Shown in pieces: positions 10,672 through 21,147 of a DNA stretch of 64,000 bases. Position numbers and translations under genes: made by a program. The DNA lies in the IMG/VR virus record IMGVR_UViG_3300028840_008160, positions 186,001 through 250,000 of that record; one strand, 5' to 3'. Positions within the stretch are counted from its first letter, which is position 1. Each line of letters begins with the position of its first letter. Under the pieces are notes generated by a model. The model saw nothing but the letters and a program-made list of their open reading frames with translations, did not search any database and was not told where the DNA came from.

Positions 10672-11313
10672 ATGAATGGTAAAAAAGGAAAAATGGGAAA
10701 GCAAGGATCGACATCATCGCTAATGATGTCTGAGTCATCATCAACATCTATAACAATGCGTGGGGATGATGATTTTGATCTTACTGTAAGTATGAAAGTT
10801 GGGGACAATATATTAAAGATTGATGTGGATGATAAGTTGCATATTCCATCAATTGATGTACTGACGCCTCAAAAGGCATGTAATATGATGGCTGAAAATC
10901 CAGCTATTCATGCAAGATGGAATGTATTAGCGAATCAAGCTGCAGTTAGAGCTGATTATGAAAAAATTAAATTTGAAATTTGGGTAAAAGAGCAAGCACG
11001 AGTATATAGATCAGAACTTACAGAATCAACAGGAAAACGCGTAACTGATAAACAAGTTGAAGAAGCTGTACTTACTGATCCTGAATATTCTAGAAGATAT
11101 CGATCATATTTAAAAAAACGCGAAGATGCAGCAAATTTGAAGTCTATTGCTATTGGTTTTGCTGAACGAGGTGATAGATTAGTCAATATTGTCTCAATGA
11201 TGAAGTGGGAGAAACCATCATCTGTTATTAAAAGTGATAAAAAAGTATATGCAGATGACGATGAGACTGAAAAAAATGCTTTTACTGACGATGACAATGA
11301 TGACAATAATTAA
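10672..11313 (+). CDS. UvsY-like recombination mediator (tentative)
   Basis: helical protein with KRVTDKQVEEAVLTDPEY motif; lies beside SSB and RecA. Confidence 0.55.
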   Translation: MNGKKGKMGKQGSTSSLMMSESSSTSITMRGDDDFDLTVSMKVGDNILKIDVDDKLHIPSIDVLTPQKACNMMAENPAIHARWNVLANQAAVRADYEKIKFEIWVKEQARVYRSELTESTGKRVTDKQVEEAVLTDPEYSRRYRSYLKKREDAANLKSIAIGFAERGDRLVNIVSMMKWEKPSSVIKSDKKVYADDDETEKNAFTDDDNDDNN

Positions 11314-11337
11314 GAATCACATTTAACAGGAGGGTTT

Positions 11338-12648
11338 ATGCCACACGAAGACAATCCTTGGGCAAAAGAAGCTGAGGAAAATCAGTCAAGACAGAGGCAG
11401 TCTGACATCAACAACATGACATGGAAGCCTGGCGAGCATACAATTCGTATATTGCCGGCAAAGAAAAAAGGTGGTATGCCATTTGCCAAGTATATTGTAC
11501 ATTGGATACCTGTTAAAACGGCAAAAAATGACCGCCCTATTGTTCATGCTGTTGATTACAAATGTCCTGTTTGTGAATTTGTTGGCGAATTGTGGAGTGA
11601 GATTTATCGGCTTAAAGAAGAAGAGGAGATGACAGACAAGTCGCCTGAAGTTCAAAAACTTGTTAAACAGGCATCAAAACTTCGCGGGAAGAAAACGTAT
11701 GATATGAATGTCATACATCGCGATGATGCTAGAACTGATTCTGGTAAGATAAAAGTTAAGAGACTAGTTGCTGGTCCAACAATTTGGAAAGCTATTATTG
11801 AACTAGGTAATAGCGAAAAGTGGGGTAATCCATCTTCTGCTGGTAAGAGAGGTTATGATTTAACAGTAACAGTTGATGGTGAAGGATTAAAGAGAGAATA
11901 TACAATTCTTCCTGATCCAGATCGAAAGCCATTAACAGATGATGAGCTTGAAGCAGTGGAATCTGCATATGATCTGGAAAAATTGCGGAAGTTTTCTACT
12001 GCAAAGGATATTTTAGACATTTTGAAGAGTGCTAAAGCGCCGCTTGATTCAGTTGATCTGCAGAAAGTTAAAAAGTCTTTATCTGTTGATTTTGAAAAAT
12101 CAACTAATAATAGCGATGATGACGACGATACTACAGAATCAACTGATGCACCTAGCCATGATGACGACGATGATGATAATGATGTCGCTGCTCCTTCTAA
12201 TGATGATAGCGATGATGATAATGACGGTAGCAGCGATGATGATAATGACGGTAGCAGCGATGATGATAATGATAGCGACGATGACGATGATGAAGAAGAT
12301 CAGAAGAAAAACAAACAAAACAAGAAAGAAGCAGCTGCGTTTTCGTCAAGTGATGATTCAGGCGACGATTCAGATGATGATGGATTAACTGCTATGGATT
12401 GTCGCGGGACATATGATGGCGAAGATATAGGTTGTCAGGAATGTGATTATGTAGGTGATTGTAAGCGATTACAAAAAGATTTTGCTAGCAAAGCTAAAGA
12501 GCTAGATATTGATATTGATGGTATGAATGGTGAAGCAATTGAAAAGGCAATTAAAGCAAAGGAAGCTAGCAAAAAATCAGGTAAAGCCGGCAAAGTTGGT
12601 AAAGCTGGCAAAGAAAATTCAGGAAAGAAACGTGATTTACCATTCTAA
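11338..12648 (+). CDS. gp32-like single-stranded DNA-binding protein with long acidic tail
   Basis: IRILP, VHW, CPVCE, GYDLTVTVDGEGLKREYTI motifs; Asp-rich region; ends DLPF. Confidence 0.82.
   Translation: MPHEDNPWAKEAEENQSRQRQSDINNMTWKPGEHTIRILPAKKKGGMPFAKYIVHWIPVKTAKNDRPIVHAVDYKCPVCEFVGELWSEIYRLKEEEEMTDKSPEVQKLVKQASKLRGKKTYDMNVIHRDDARTDSGKIKVKRLVAGPTIWKAIIELGNSEKWGNPSSAGKRGYDLTVTVDGEGLKREYTILPDPDRKPLTDDELEAVESAYDLEKLRKFSTAKDILDILKSAKAPLDSVDLQKVKKSLSVDFEKSTNNSDDDDDTTESTDAPSHDDDDDDNDVAAPSNDDSDDDNDGSSDDDNDGSSDDDNDSDDDDDEEDQKKNKQNKKEAAAFSSSDDSGDDSDDDGLTAMDCRGTYDGEDIGCQECDYVGDCKRLQKDFASKAKELDIDIDGMNGEAIEKAIKAKEASKKSGKAGKVGKAGKENSGKKRDLPF
12208..12272 (+). repeat. 24-nt tandem repeat (about 2.7 copies) encoding SDDDNDGS
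   Basis: agcgatgatgataatgacggtagc twice plus a partial copy. Confidence 0.85.
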
Positions 12649-12660
12649 ATCGTCATAATT

Positions 12661-12693
12661 AAAGGGCAGACGAATAAACGTCTGCCCTTTTTT
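12661..12693 (+). terminator. intrinsic terminator
   Basis: aaagggcagacg-aataaa-cgtctgcccttt followed by a T-tract. Confidence 0.9.
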
Positions 12694-12707
12694 GCGAGGA
12701 GATTTAT

Positions 12708-14093
12708 ATGAGCAAAGGTGAAGAAAAAGCAAAAGAACGCGGGTCAGCAATTGTGACTGCAGCATCGTTGATTCAGAAGAAATTTGGTCGATCAATTGAA
12801 CCTGCAGGAGATAAATTCAATAGTATCGTGAAATCAATATCTTCTGGTTCAATGCTATTAGACAATGCAATTGGCGAATGTAAAGGTTATCCTGTTGGTT
12901 CAGTTATTGAGGTATTTGGATGGGAAGGCGCAGGAAAGACATTAATGCTTTATTTAGCTTATGCTGAAGCACAACGTCTTTATCCAGATCAACCATGTGT
13001 TTTGATTGATGCAGAACGACAATTTCAATTTCAAGCTAAATGGGCTGAAAAAGTCGGTGTTGATGTATCAAAATTGATTGTTTTACCTTGTTCAACTGCT
13101 GAAGAAGCGTTTGACATGATACACGCATTAATTTTAGGTAAGCATGAAGTTGATAAAAAAACTGGTGAAGTTATCAAAGTTATTGAGCCTGGTCGTTATG
13201 CGATTATTGGTGTTGATAGTGTAACACAATTGGTGTCAATAACTGATGCGTCAAAAGGTATGGAAGAATCTAGACAACGAGGAACTCAAGCTACGGCAAT
13301 TGGTTTAGGACTTAAGAAAGTCTCGTCTGCTATGGCTAGATCTGATGTTGATTCAAAAACAATATTGTTTTTTATTAATCAATTACGCAAAAATCCAAAT
13401 GCGATGTTTGGAAATCCAGAATATCGCACTGGCGGCAATGCACTACCATTTTATGACACAATTGCTTTTAAAGTAGCAAAGATATGGAAATCAGAAGAAC
13501 GTGATGATAATGGCGACATTATTTCGCATGGCGTAAAAATCACGTTTGAAAAAAACAAAGCTGGATCATTACCAGAAAATGCAATAACATTTACGTTGAT
13601 GCATGATGGCACTGGTGTTAACAATGAGCAAGAGTTCTTTGATGTTGCACTTATAAATGGTGTGATAAAAGAATTTGAAATCGTTGGCAAACGGGATAAA
13701 GTTGCTACACGATATAATTTCTTTGACCCAAACACTGGTGAAAAATTAGATGATAGTATTAAAGATTTTGCCAAACGATCATTTTATAAGATATTAGAAC
13801 AACATCCAGAAATTGAAGAACAACTTAAAGAACTTATAGCTGAACGAAAAATATTCGTACAAAAAGATTCTGTTGAAGAATATATTCCTGATTCAGCTGT
13901 TAAAGAACCAGATGATAATGAGGATGATGAAGAAGAAAATAATGACAAAAATCAGACTAGTGATCAGTCAGATGATGATAATCAGAATGATGAAGGTGCA
14001 TTTAGCGATGACGAACAATCTTCTGAAAGACGATCAAAAAGAAAGATCGGTCGAAAAGGTAAATTGGGACGAAAGAAATTAAAAATGAGATGA
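12708..14093 (+). CDS. recA: RecA/UvsX recombinase with acidic-basic tail
   Basis: ISSGSMLLD, EVFGWEGAGKT, LIDAE, VDSV, FINQLR, GNPEYRTGGNALPFY, KNK. Confidence 0.95.
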   Translation: MSKGEEKAKERGSAIVTAASLIQKKFGRSIEPAGDKFNSIVKSISSGSMLLDNAIGECKGYPVGSVIEVFGWEGAGKTLMLYLAYAEAQRLYPDQPCVLIDAERQFQFQAKWAEKVGVDVSKLIVLPCSTAEEAFDMIHALILGKHEVDKKTGEVIKVIEPGRYAIIGVDSVTQLVSITDASKGMEESRQRGTQATAIGLGLKKVSSAMARSDVDSKTILFFINQLRKNPNAMFGNPEYRTGGNALPFYDTIAFKVAKIWKSEERDDNGDIISHGVKITFEKNKAGSLPENAITFTLMHDGTGVNNEQEFFDVALINGVIKEFEIVGKRDKVATRYNFFDPNTGEKLDDSIKDFAKRSFYKILEQHPEIEEQLKELIAERKIFVQKDSVEEYIPDSAVKEPDDNEDDEEENNDKNQTSDQSDDDNQNDEGAFSDDEQSSERRSKRKIGRKGKLGRKKLKMR

Positions 14094-14691
14094 TTGCCAA
14101 CGCACAACAGATTGTTGATGATTCAAGTCGAGTAAAAATTGTTTTTGGCAGACGCAGATCTGGCAAGACGACAGTTATACAACAATGCCTTAGACAATTT
14201 AAAAATGAATGTGTTGTTGTTGTCCCATATGAAAGTGCGAAAAACGTATATCGAATTCAAGGTTTAAGCACAAACGCAATTATATCTGTGCGCGAGTTTC
14301 TAGATATAGATTCTCGTCAAATAGGAATACAAATTTTCTGTTTGACGAGTTTTTATTGTATAATAACATTGAAGACTTGACTTTTAATCATTTGTTTGAT
14401 ACGATTGTATTAACAGGGACACCGGATAGTCAAGTTTTATTTAATAAAGACTACGCAAATAATTTAAACTTTTTAAAGTCGTTTATTAAACGACTTGATG
14501 GCACAGTATCTTTATTTGAATTGACAAATGGCGCGTTAATTGACGGCGAAGAAGAAATATATGAAACTATTTTGAGAGATATTGATGATACTGTATATGA
14601 AGCGACGTATACTAATCATAACGGAATTGCTTTTACAAAATTTGAATTGATTTTAGGAGATGACAATGAACAAATTAATAATGGGAATTGA
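14090..14691 (+). pseudogene. P-loop NTPase split by an apparent -1 frameshift (ORFs 14090-14380 and 14356-14691)
   Basis: Walker A GRRRSGKT in the first frame; Walker B-like FLFDEF and IVLTGTP in the second frame, which is open upstream of 14356. Confidence 0.6.
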
Positions 14692-15421
14692 CATTTCAAG
14701 TAGAAGTACAGGTTGGGCATTGATTCAAGGCGACAAATTTGTTGATTATGGTAAAATAAATCCTACAGGGCGAATGACAAATGCTCAAAAAATGCATTTG
14801 TTTCATGTTGAATTGCGAAAGATTATAGAAAGTAAACAACCTGATGAAATAGCTATAGAAGACGTTGTACAAGTTAGAAGCGTGAGTGTATTAAAGTTGC
14901 TTGCTAGGTTTAATGGCATAGCAATAATTGAAGCTTATCGCAAATTACAAAAAGATCCTGTATTGTTTGAACCAACAAAATGGAAAACATATGTTGATGG
15001 TTGTACAGGATCATCAAAAAAATGTCAAGTTCAATTAGCTATATGTCAGAAGTACGGATTACTGACGCAAGAAAAAATTGATGCATATAAAATTAGAATT
15101 AATGATGCTTTGATGAAGTTAAAAACTTGTGGTGATGATGATTCAAAAGGCCAATTAAAACAATTGAAAAAAGAATTGCGACGGTGTAAAAAGAGAGACT
15201 CCAGCAATAAAGAAAAAATAACAGATATTGAACAAAAAATAGACAAACTTAAGCAGCAAAATGTAAAAAGTAAAAAGGTAGATAAAAAGAAATTGTCAGA
15301 AGTGTTTGATAAAATAAGTGTTGATATTTATACTGAAACATCAATAAATGAAGATATTGCAGATGCTACTGGTGTTGCAATAGCATTTCAAAAAACTAAT
15401 GGCAATCAAGAAACAAAATGA
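14660..15421 (+). CDS. RuvC-like Holliday junction resolvase
   Basis: IMGIDISSRSTGW, IAIED, PTKWK, EDIADATGVA; basic coiled-coil insertion. Confidence 0.85.
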   Translation: MTMNKLIMGIDISSRSTGWALIQGDKFVDYGKINPTGRMTNAQKMHLFHVELRKIIESKQPDEIAIEDVVQVRSVSVLKLLARFNGIAIIEAYRKLQKDPVLFEPTKWKTYVDGCTGSSKKCQVQLAICQKYGLLTQEKIDAYKIRINDALMKLKTCGDDDSKGQLKQLKKELRRCKKRDSSNKEKITDIEQKIDKLKQQNVKSKKVDKKKLSEVFDKISVDIYTETSINEDIADATGVAIAFQKTNGNQETK

Positions 15422-15782
15422 TCTGCAAATTAGCGCTGACGGCACAATACCAGTCATAACTGGTGATATCAAAGTAAAGTATTCAAAACATGATATCAAT
15501 ACTAATTGGTTGCTTAATCGGGTATTGGGTACAAAGCATTTACAGATTACAAAAATATCAGACAATGAGTTGATGCAATTTTTGAACATATTGAATACAA
15601 GCAGATTAAAAATGCCTGATGGAACTGACTCATTAGAGTGGTTGAAGCGACGTTTAGTCAAACGATATAATGATTCTACCAGTCAAAGAGGGATGACGTG
15701 GGAAAATATTTCTCGTAGATATCGATTTATTTTACAGCAAATCGATATTCTGCTGGTTACAAAACCATTAGATGACCATTAA
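15399..15782 (+). CDS. hypothetical protein
   Basis: 127-aa ORF coupled to the upstream gene. Confidence 0.6.
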   Translation: MAIKKQNDLQISADGTIPVITGDIKVKYSKHDINTNWLLNRVLGTKHLQITKISDNELMQFLNILNTSRLKMPDGTDSLEWLKRRLVKRYNDSTSQRGMTWENISRRYRFILQQIDILLVTKPLDDH

Positions 15783-15854
15783 AACTCATTTAATAGTTGT
15801 CTAAAATATTACCGACGAATATTTTCTCACTATTTACTTATAAGGAGACCACGA

Positions 15855-17969
15855 ATGATTTCTATGATTCGTAAACGTGACGGTGAATGTGTTGCTTATG
15901 ATAAAGCAAAAATTGAAGGCGCCATTGACAAGGCGATTAAAGCTGTAGGTGATGTTCTTGGCAATGCTAGCGACTTAACAGATCAAGTCGAAAAACAGCT
16001 TTATAGTACAATACCTACAATTGAAGAAATACAAGACGCAGTTGAGCGAGTGCTAATAGCTAATAATTTACAAAAAGTAGCTAAAGCATACATTATTTAT
16101 AGAAGTGAACACGGGAAAATACGTGATACAAAGAAATTGGTTCTTGATATCTCGCATACAATGGATGGATATCTTAGTCAAAATGATTGGCGTGTTAATG
16201 AAAATTCAAACGTTAATTATTCATTAGGTGGTTTAATTCTTCATAATAGTGGAGCAATTACGGCGAATTATTGGTTAAGTCATATTTATAGTCCTGAAAT
16301 TGCTGATGCTCATAAGAACGGTGATTTTCATATTCACGATTTAAGTATGTTTTCTGGTTATTGCGCTGGTTGGTCGCTTAGAGACTTGTTGACTGAAGGT
16401 TTGGGTAATGTTCCAGGCAAAATTACATCAAGACCAGCTAAGCATCTCTCAACAGTTGTGAATCAGATGGTCAATTTTTTAGGCATATTACAAAATGAAT
16501 GGGCTGGAGCAATGGCTTTTTCATCGTTTGATACATATCTAGCGCCGTTTGTTAAGATTGAAAAGTTGTCATATGATGATGTTAAACAAAATATTCAATC
16601 GTTTATTTATGGTGTAAACACACCATCAAGATGGGGTTCTCAAAGCCCATTTACAAATGTGACGTTTGATTGGACTGTGCCGACTGATTTAGCAGATCAG
16701 CAGGCAATTGTTGGTGGAAAAGCAATGGAGTTTACATATGCAGATTGTCAGCAAGAAATGAATATGATAAATAAAGCATTTTTGGAAATATTCTTAGAAG
16801 GAGATGCAGCTGGTAGAGGTTTTTCTTATCCCATTCCGACATACAATTTGACGAGAAATTTTGATTGGCATGGCGAAAATACTGATTTGTTATTCAAGAT
16901 GACAGGTAAATATGGAACGCCATACTTTCAGAATTTTATCAATTCAGATTTGAATCCAGAAGATGTGCGGTCAATGTGTTGTCGATTACAATTAGATAAA
17001 CGAGAATTACGCAAACGCGGTGGTGGATTATTTGGGGCATCAGAATTGACAGGTTCTGTTGGTGTTGTGACAATCAATCTTCCACGAATAGGATTTCTTG
17101 CAATTTCAAAAGAAGATTATTATGCTCGTTTGGATCGCTTGATGGATCTTGCTCGTGATTCTTTAGAATTAAAACGAAAAGTCGTAATGAAATTGCTTGA
17201 TCAAGGCTTGTTTCCATATTCAAAACGTTATTTGACAAATGGTTTACGAAATCATTTTTCTACGATTGGTCTTATTGGTATGAATGAATCAACGTTGAAT
17301 TTTATGAATAAACCATTGACAAATAATGAAGCTAGAAAGTTTGCTGAAGAAGTGCTCATTCATATGCGAGAGAGACTCAGTCAGTATCAAACTAGTACAG
17401 ATAATTTGTATAATCTTGAGGCGACACCAGGAGAGGGCACGTCTTATCGTTTAGCTAAAATTGATAAAAAAATGTATAAAGGTATTGTTGTTTCAGGAGG
17501 AGACAATCCATACTATACAAATTCGACACAATTACCAGTAGGCGCGACTGATGATATCTTTGAGGCATTAGATATGCAAAATAAATTGCAAACGCTTTAT
17601 ACTGGAGGAACGGTTTTTCATGCATTTCTAGGTGAATCAATTGATGATATTGAGATTAGCAGAAATCTAGTGAAAAGAATTGCATATAATTACAATATAC
17701 CATATTTTACATTTTCACCGACTTTTTCGATATGTGCAACGCATGGATATTTGAAAGGTGAACATTTTATTTGCCCAAAGTGTGAAAAGCAAGCTGAAGT
17801 TTATTCTCGAATCGTTGGTTATTATAGACCCGTGCAAAATTGGAATGTAGGAAAAAAATCTGAATATGCTGAACGCAAAGAATTTGGTGTGGTGAATACG
17901 ACGACAAGTAATGAATTAAATTCATTTGCTGAAGTTAAAGAAGATATTGAAGTACCAATGTTGACATGA
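15855..17969 (+). CDS. nrdD: class III anaerobic ribonucleoside-triphosphate reductase with ATP cone
   Basis: IRKRDG ATP cone, HIHDL..GYC, SMCCRL, NLEATPGE, YTGGT, YSRIVGYYRP glycyl-radical loop. Confidence 0.97.
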   Translation: MISMIRKRDGECVAYDKAKIEGAIDKAIKAVGDVLGNASDLTDQVEKQLYSTIPTIEEIQDAVERVLIANNLQKVAKAYIIYRSEHGKIRDTKKLVLDISHTMDGYLSQNDWRVNENSNVNYSLGGLILHNSGAITANYWLSHIYSPEIADAHKNGDFHIHDLSMFSGYCAGWSLRDLLTEGLGNVPGKITSRPAKHLSTVVNQMVNFLGILQNEWAGAMAFSSFDTYLAPFVKIEKLSYDDVKQNIQSFIYGVNTPSRWGSQSPFTNVTFDWTVPTDLADQQAIVGGKAMEFTYADCQQEMNMINKAFLEIFLEGDAAGRGFSYPIPTYNLTRNFDWHGENTDLLFKMTGKYGTPYFQNFINSDLNPEDVRSMCCRLQLDKRELRKRGGGLFGASELTGSVGVVTINLPRIGFLAISKEDYYARLDRLMDLARDSLELKRKVVMKLLDQGLFPYSKRYLTNGLRNHFSTIGLIGMNESTLNFMNKPLTNNEARKFAEEVLIHMRERLSQYQTSTDNLYNLEATPGEGTSYRLAKIDKKMYKGIVVSGGDNPYYTNSTQLPVGATDDIFEALDMQNKLQTLYTGGTVFHAFLGESIDDIEISRNLVKRIAYNYNIPYFTFSPTFSICATHGYLKGEHFICPKCEKQAEVYSRIVGYYRPVQNWNVGKKSEYAERKEFGVVNTTTSNELNSFAEVKEDIEVPMLT

Positions 17970-18670
17970 ATGAGTTAAATTTAGATAACATTATTGGCTG
18001 GCAAAAAAACTCGTTTAATGACTTTCCGAGGGCAGTATCTACTGTCCTCTTTTTTTCTGGGTGCAATTTAAGGTGCCCGTACTGTCATAATAAACAGATC
18101 GTGCTGAGTGAACTGTCTCCAATTGACGCTGATGAATTACGACTTTTTTTAACAAATAGAAAAAATGTAATTGATGGCGTTGTTTTAACGGGTGGAGAAC
18201 CGACAATTCATGAAAACATTGTTGATGTAATTACATATCTAAAAAGTATGTCATATCTTGTGAAATTAGATACAAATGGTTTGATGTTTGAGACAGTGAA
18301 ACGAGTTATTGCTAAAATTGATTATTTGGCTATTGATGTTAAAACCACGCCACGGTTATATAAGTCAAAGTTGAAATCTTCATATGATAATAATCATGAA
18401 CGATTGAGTTCAACTATCAATATTGCTACTATTAGTAAAGTTCCATTTGAAATTAGAGTGACAGCTGTTCCTGGATTGATTGATGATGATATTTGTCATG
18501 AAATTGGATTAATGATTAATGGCATCAAACAATTATATTTGCAAAATATGAATGTTGGAGTTGAAACATTGGATCCAACATATAGTCAGTTAAAACAATT
18601 TTCAAAAGAAGATATGGAAAGATTTCAACAGATTTTTTTGAAATATGTAAAGTACTGTGATATAAGGTAA
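17966..18670 (+). CDS. nrdG: anaerobic RNR activating radical SAM enzyme
   Basis: GCNLRCPYCHN, LTGGEPT, KLDTNG; follows nrdD. Confidence 0.93.
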   Translation: MNELNLDNIIGWQKNSFNDFPRAVSTVLFFSGCNLRCPYCHNKQIVLSELSPIDADELRLFLTNRKNVIDGVVLTGGEPTIHENIVDVITYLKSMSYLVKLDTNGLMFETVKRVIAKIDYLAIDVKTTPRLYKSKLKSSYDNNHERLSSTINIATISKVPFEIRVTAVPGLIDDDICHEIGLMINGIKQLYLQNMNVGVETLDPTYSQLKQFSKEDMERFQQIFLKYVKYCDIR

Positions 18671-18672
18671 AT

Positions 18673-19869
18673 ATGAAGCTAGCAATTGTATCAGACCCGC
18701 ATATCGGTGATTATCCTTATGGTAAGACGGATACAACAACCGGATTGAATACAAGATTGCTTGATTTTCTAAATAATTTAGATCAAACAATCGATTTTGC
18801 TATTGAAAAACAGGTTGATGTATATATCATTGTCGGTGACATATATCGCGTAAAACATCCGAATTCTAAAATCAGAAAACAATTTGCCCCACGTATACGA
18901 AGACTTATTGAAGCAGGAATCAAAGTTATTTTACTTACTGGCAATCATGACATGACAACAAGCGCAGCTGGGGCACATGCTTTGTCAGAAATGGAAGAAC
19001 TTGGACCATTGATTGATAAGCTTATGGTGCTGTCTAATCCCGCTGTTGTTAAAGAAAACAACACTGATTTATATCTATTGCCATTTGTTAACAGAGGTGA
19101 AAAAGGTCTATTGACGCCACAGGAATTTATTACATATCAATTAGATATGATTAAAGAGTACAATTTGCAGACGAAGAAGAGTAAAGCAAAATACAAATTG
19201 TTTTTTGGTCATTTTGGCACTGATAAGTCTGTTATTGGCAACAGTTTTGATTTAGACATGTCGACAGACGAAAATGAGAATAAAGTTTCATTGACTGCGT
19301 TTGACGACGGCGACTGGACACATATCTATTTAGGGCATATACATAAACAACAAAATTTGAGCAATATAGCAAAACATGTTGGTTCACTTGGCCGCGTTGA
19401 CTTTTCAGAAGAGAAAGAACAGAAAGGTTTTTATTATTTTGAAGATGGACGTGATGAATTTATTCTTTTAAATGATCGATTGTTTAAAACATTTACTCTA
19501 AAACTGAATGCAGATTATGATGATAAATTAAGTGCGTTTTTGACAAAGATAAGATCACTTGATTTGTCGCGATCTATTGTTAGAGTCAAAGCTGATGTGC
19601 AACAAACATATTTACCTGAAATTAGTTTTACTGAAATTGAGTCATATTTAAAAGAACATTCATGGCATTCATTAGGCGTCAGCATTGATATTATTGCTGA
19701 TGAAGAAAATGATGTTGACACAGAACATCAAATTACTAGTGTGGATTTACCGGATGATGCACTTAAGAAACATATTGAAAAACATCCAAGTAGATTTAAA
19801 GGCATTGAAGAAAAAGCTTTTGCTGTCGGATTAGAAATATTGAAACAAGTCAAACAAATTAAGGAATAG
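18673..19869 (+). CDS. SbcD/Mre11 (gp47-like) metallophosphoesterase nuclease
   Basis: SDPHIG, VGDIY, GNHD, GHF, YLGHIH, VGSL..DFSE. Confidence 0.92.
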   Translation: MKLAIVSDPHIGDYPYGKTDTTTGLNTRLLDFLNNLDQTIDFAIEKQVDVYIIVGDIYRVKHPNSKIRKQFAPRIRRLIEAGIKVILLTGNHDMTTSAAGAHALSEMEELGPLIDKLMVLSNPAVVKENNTDLYLLPFVNRGEKGLLTPQEFITYQLDMIKEYNLQTKKSKAKYKLFFGHFGTDKSVIGNSFDLDMSTDENENKVSLTAFDDGDWTHIYLGHIHKQQNLSNIAKHVGSLGRVDFSEEKEQKGFYYFEDGRDEFILLNDRLFKTFTLKLNADYDDKLSAFLTKIRSLDLSRSIVRVKADVQQTYLPEISFTEIESYLKEHSWHSLGVSIDIIADEENDVDTEHQITSVDLPDDALKKHIEKHPSRFKGIEEKAFAVGLEILKQVKQIKE

Positions 19870-19872
19870 GTT

Positions 19873-20439
19873 ATGGTACTTACAGGATTAGAAATCGTAA
19901 AGCAAATAGAAGAAGGACATATTTTTATTAGCGATTTTGATCGCAAGCGACTCAATCCAAACTCGTATAATCTACGATTGCATGATGAATTGAAAGTTTA
20001 TCATTTTGATGCAATTATAGCAGAAGATCGTGTTGAAAATCAAGGTCATGGTATACTTGATATGAAGTCGCAGAATCCAACTCGTACTATAAAAATTCCT
20101 GAAACTGGATTTGTCTTGTGGCCTAACGAATTATATCTTGGTCGAACAGTAGAAATGACACGAACAAATGGATTTGTTCCACAAATTGAAGGTCGAAGTT
20201 CTATTGCTAGATTAGGCATTGATATTCATAAAACAGCAGGTTGGGGCGATGATGGGTTTGAAAATTATTGGACATTAGAAATTGTGGCGACACATCCTGT
20301 ACGCGTATATCCGTTTGTTGAATTTTGTCAGATTATTTATATGAAGACATTTGGTGATGCGTCAATGAAGTATAAAGGCAAGTATCAAAAAACGGAAATG
20401 ATTGATGGATCAAAATTATACGAAGAATTTCAAAAGTGA
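19873..20439 (+). CDS. dcd: dCTP deaminase
   Basis: LNPNSYNLRL, EGRSSIARLG, AGWGDDGF, TLEI, YKGKYQ. Confidence 0.93.
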   Translation: MVLTGLEIVKQIEEGHIFISDFDRKRLNPNSYNLRLHDELKVYHFDAIIAEDRVENQGHGILDMKSQNPTRTIKIPETGFVLWPNELYLGRTVEMTRTNGFVPQIEGRSSIARLGIDIHKTAGWGDDGFENYWTLEIVATHPVRVYPFVEFCQIIYMKTFGDASMKYKGKYQKTEMIDGSKLYEEFQK

Positions 20440-20483
20440 TTGCTTTGATAATTATCATGATTATGATTCAGTAAGGAGGAGAT

Positions 20484-20672
20484 ATGAAATATAAAGTTAC
20501 GATTGATCGTGAAGGTGGATGGAAAACTTCTGTATTAAATCCAGAGACGCACCACTGCAAAGATATTGTGACAGCTGTTGGTTCTTTTGGTGAAGTTGTC
20601 AGTGTATCAGATAAACAAGACGACGTACCTGTAAGCGATAATGTACAGATTGGAGGCAGTCATGTCGACTGA
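20484..20672 (+). CDS. DUF2997-like small protein
   Basis: KVTIDREG start, single conserved-looking Cys; precedes a DUF1257-like gene; AAGGAGG RBS. Confidence 0.5.
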   Translation: MKYKVTIDREGGWKTSVLNPETHHCKDIVTAVGSFGEVVSVSDKQDDVPVSDNVQIGGSHVD

Positions 20673-20973
20673 AGTCATTGGAACTACTCAAATTCGCGAT
20701 ATGTTAATTCTTAAGAAAACGCTTGAAGAAATGGGTATATCATTTCAAGAACTTAGTGAAGAAACTCTTGCATGGGGCACAAGATATAACAGAATGCAAG
20801 TGAATGTTGCAACTGGTCAAATCAAATATGATTCAATGAACAAGTCGCAAGTTCAAGAATTGCAACAACAATATGGTAAGCAATTCATCATGTATGAAAT
20901 TGCTAAGAAGGGTCATTGTGTTGAATCTGTACAAACTGTAGGTGATAATATTGAAATTATTGCTGGATATTAG
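20662..20973 (+). CDS. DUF1257 (Ycf35)-like protein
   Basis: MS...TQIRD..LKKTLEEMG...LQQQYG...KKGH.V pattern. Confidence 0.55.
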   Translation: MSTEVIGTTQIRDMLILKKTLEEMGISFQELSEETLAWGTRYNRMQVNVATGQIKYDSMNKSQVQELQQQYGKQFIMYEIAKKGHCVESVQTVGDNIEIIAGY

Positions 20974-20975
20974 AT

Positions 20976-21098
20976 GTGAAGATTCGATTTTTCTTTGCGT
21001 GGTATGATGGATGGGTAGGATATTTTTGGGACAGGAAAAAACAAATATTATATATATGTATATTGCCATGCTGCGTAATTGAAATTCGATTTCGATAG
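20976..21098 (+). CDS. small hydrophobic protein (40 aa; not in ORF track)
   Basis: GTG start; FAWYDGWVGYFWD...LYICILP. Confidence 0.45.
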   Translation: MKIRFFFAWYDGWVGYFWDRKKQILYICILPCCVIEIRFR

Positions 21099-21147
21099 AT
21101 AATTATGGTCAATTGCATAAGCAGTTGACTTTTTTTTTGGACAAATA

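Noticed and set aside
12110-12380. GAT-rich repeats as a non-coding repeat element
   Set aside because: Fully explained by the Asp-rich tail of the SSB
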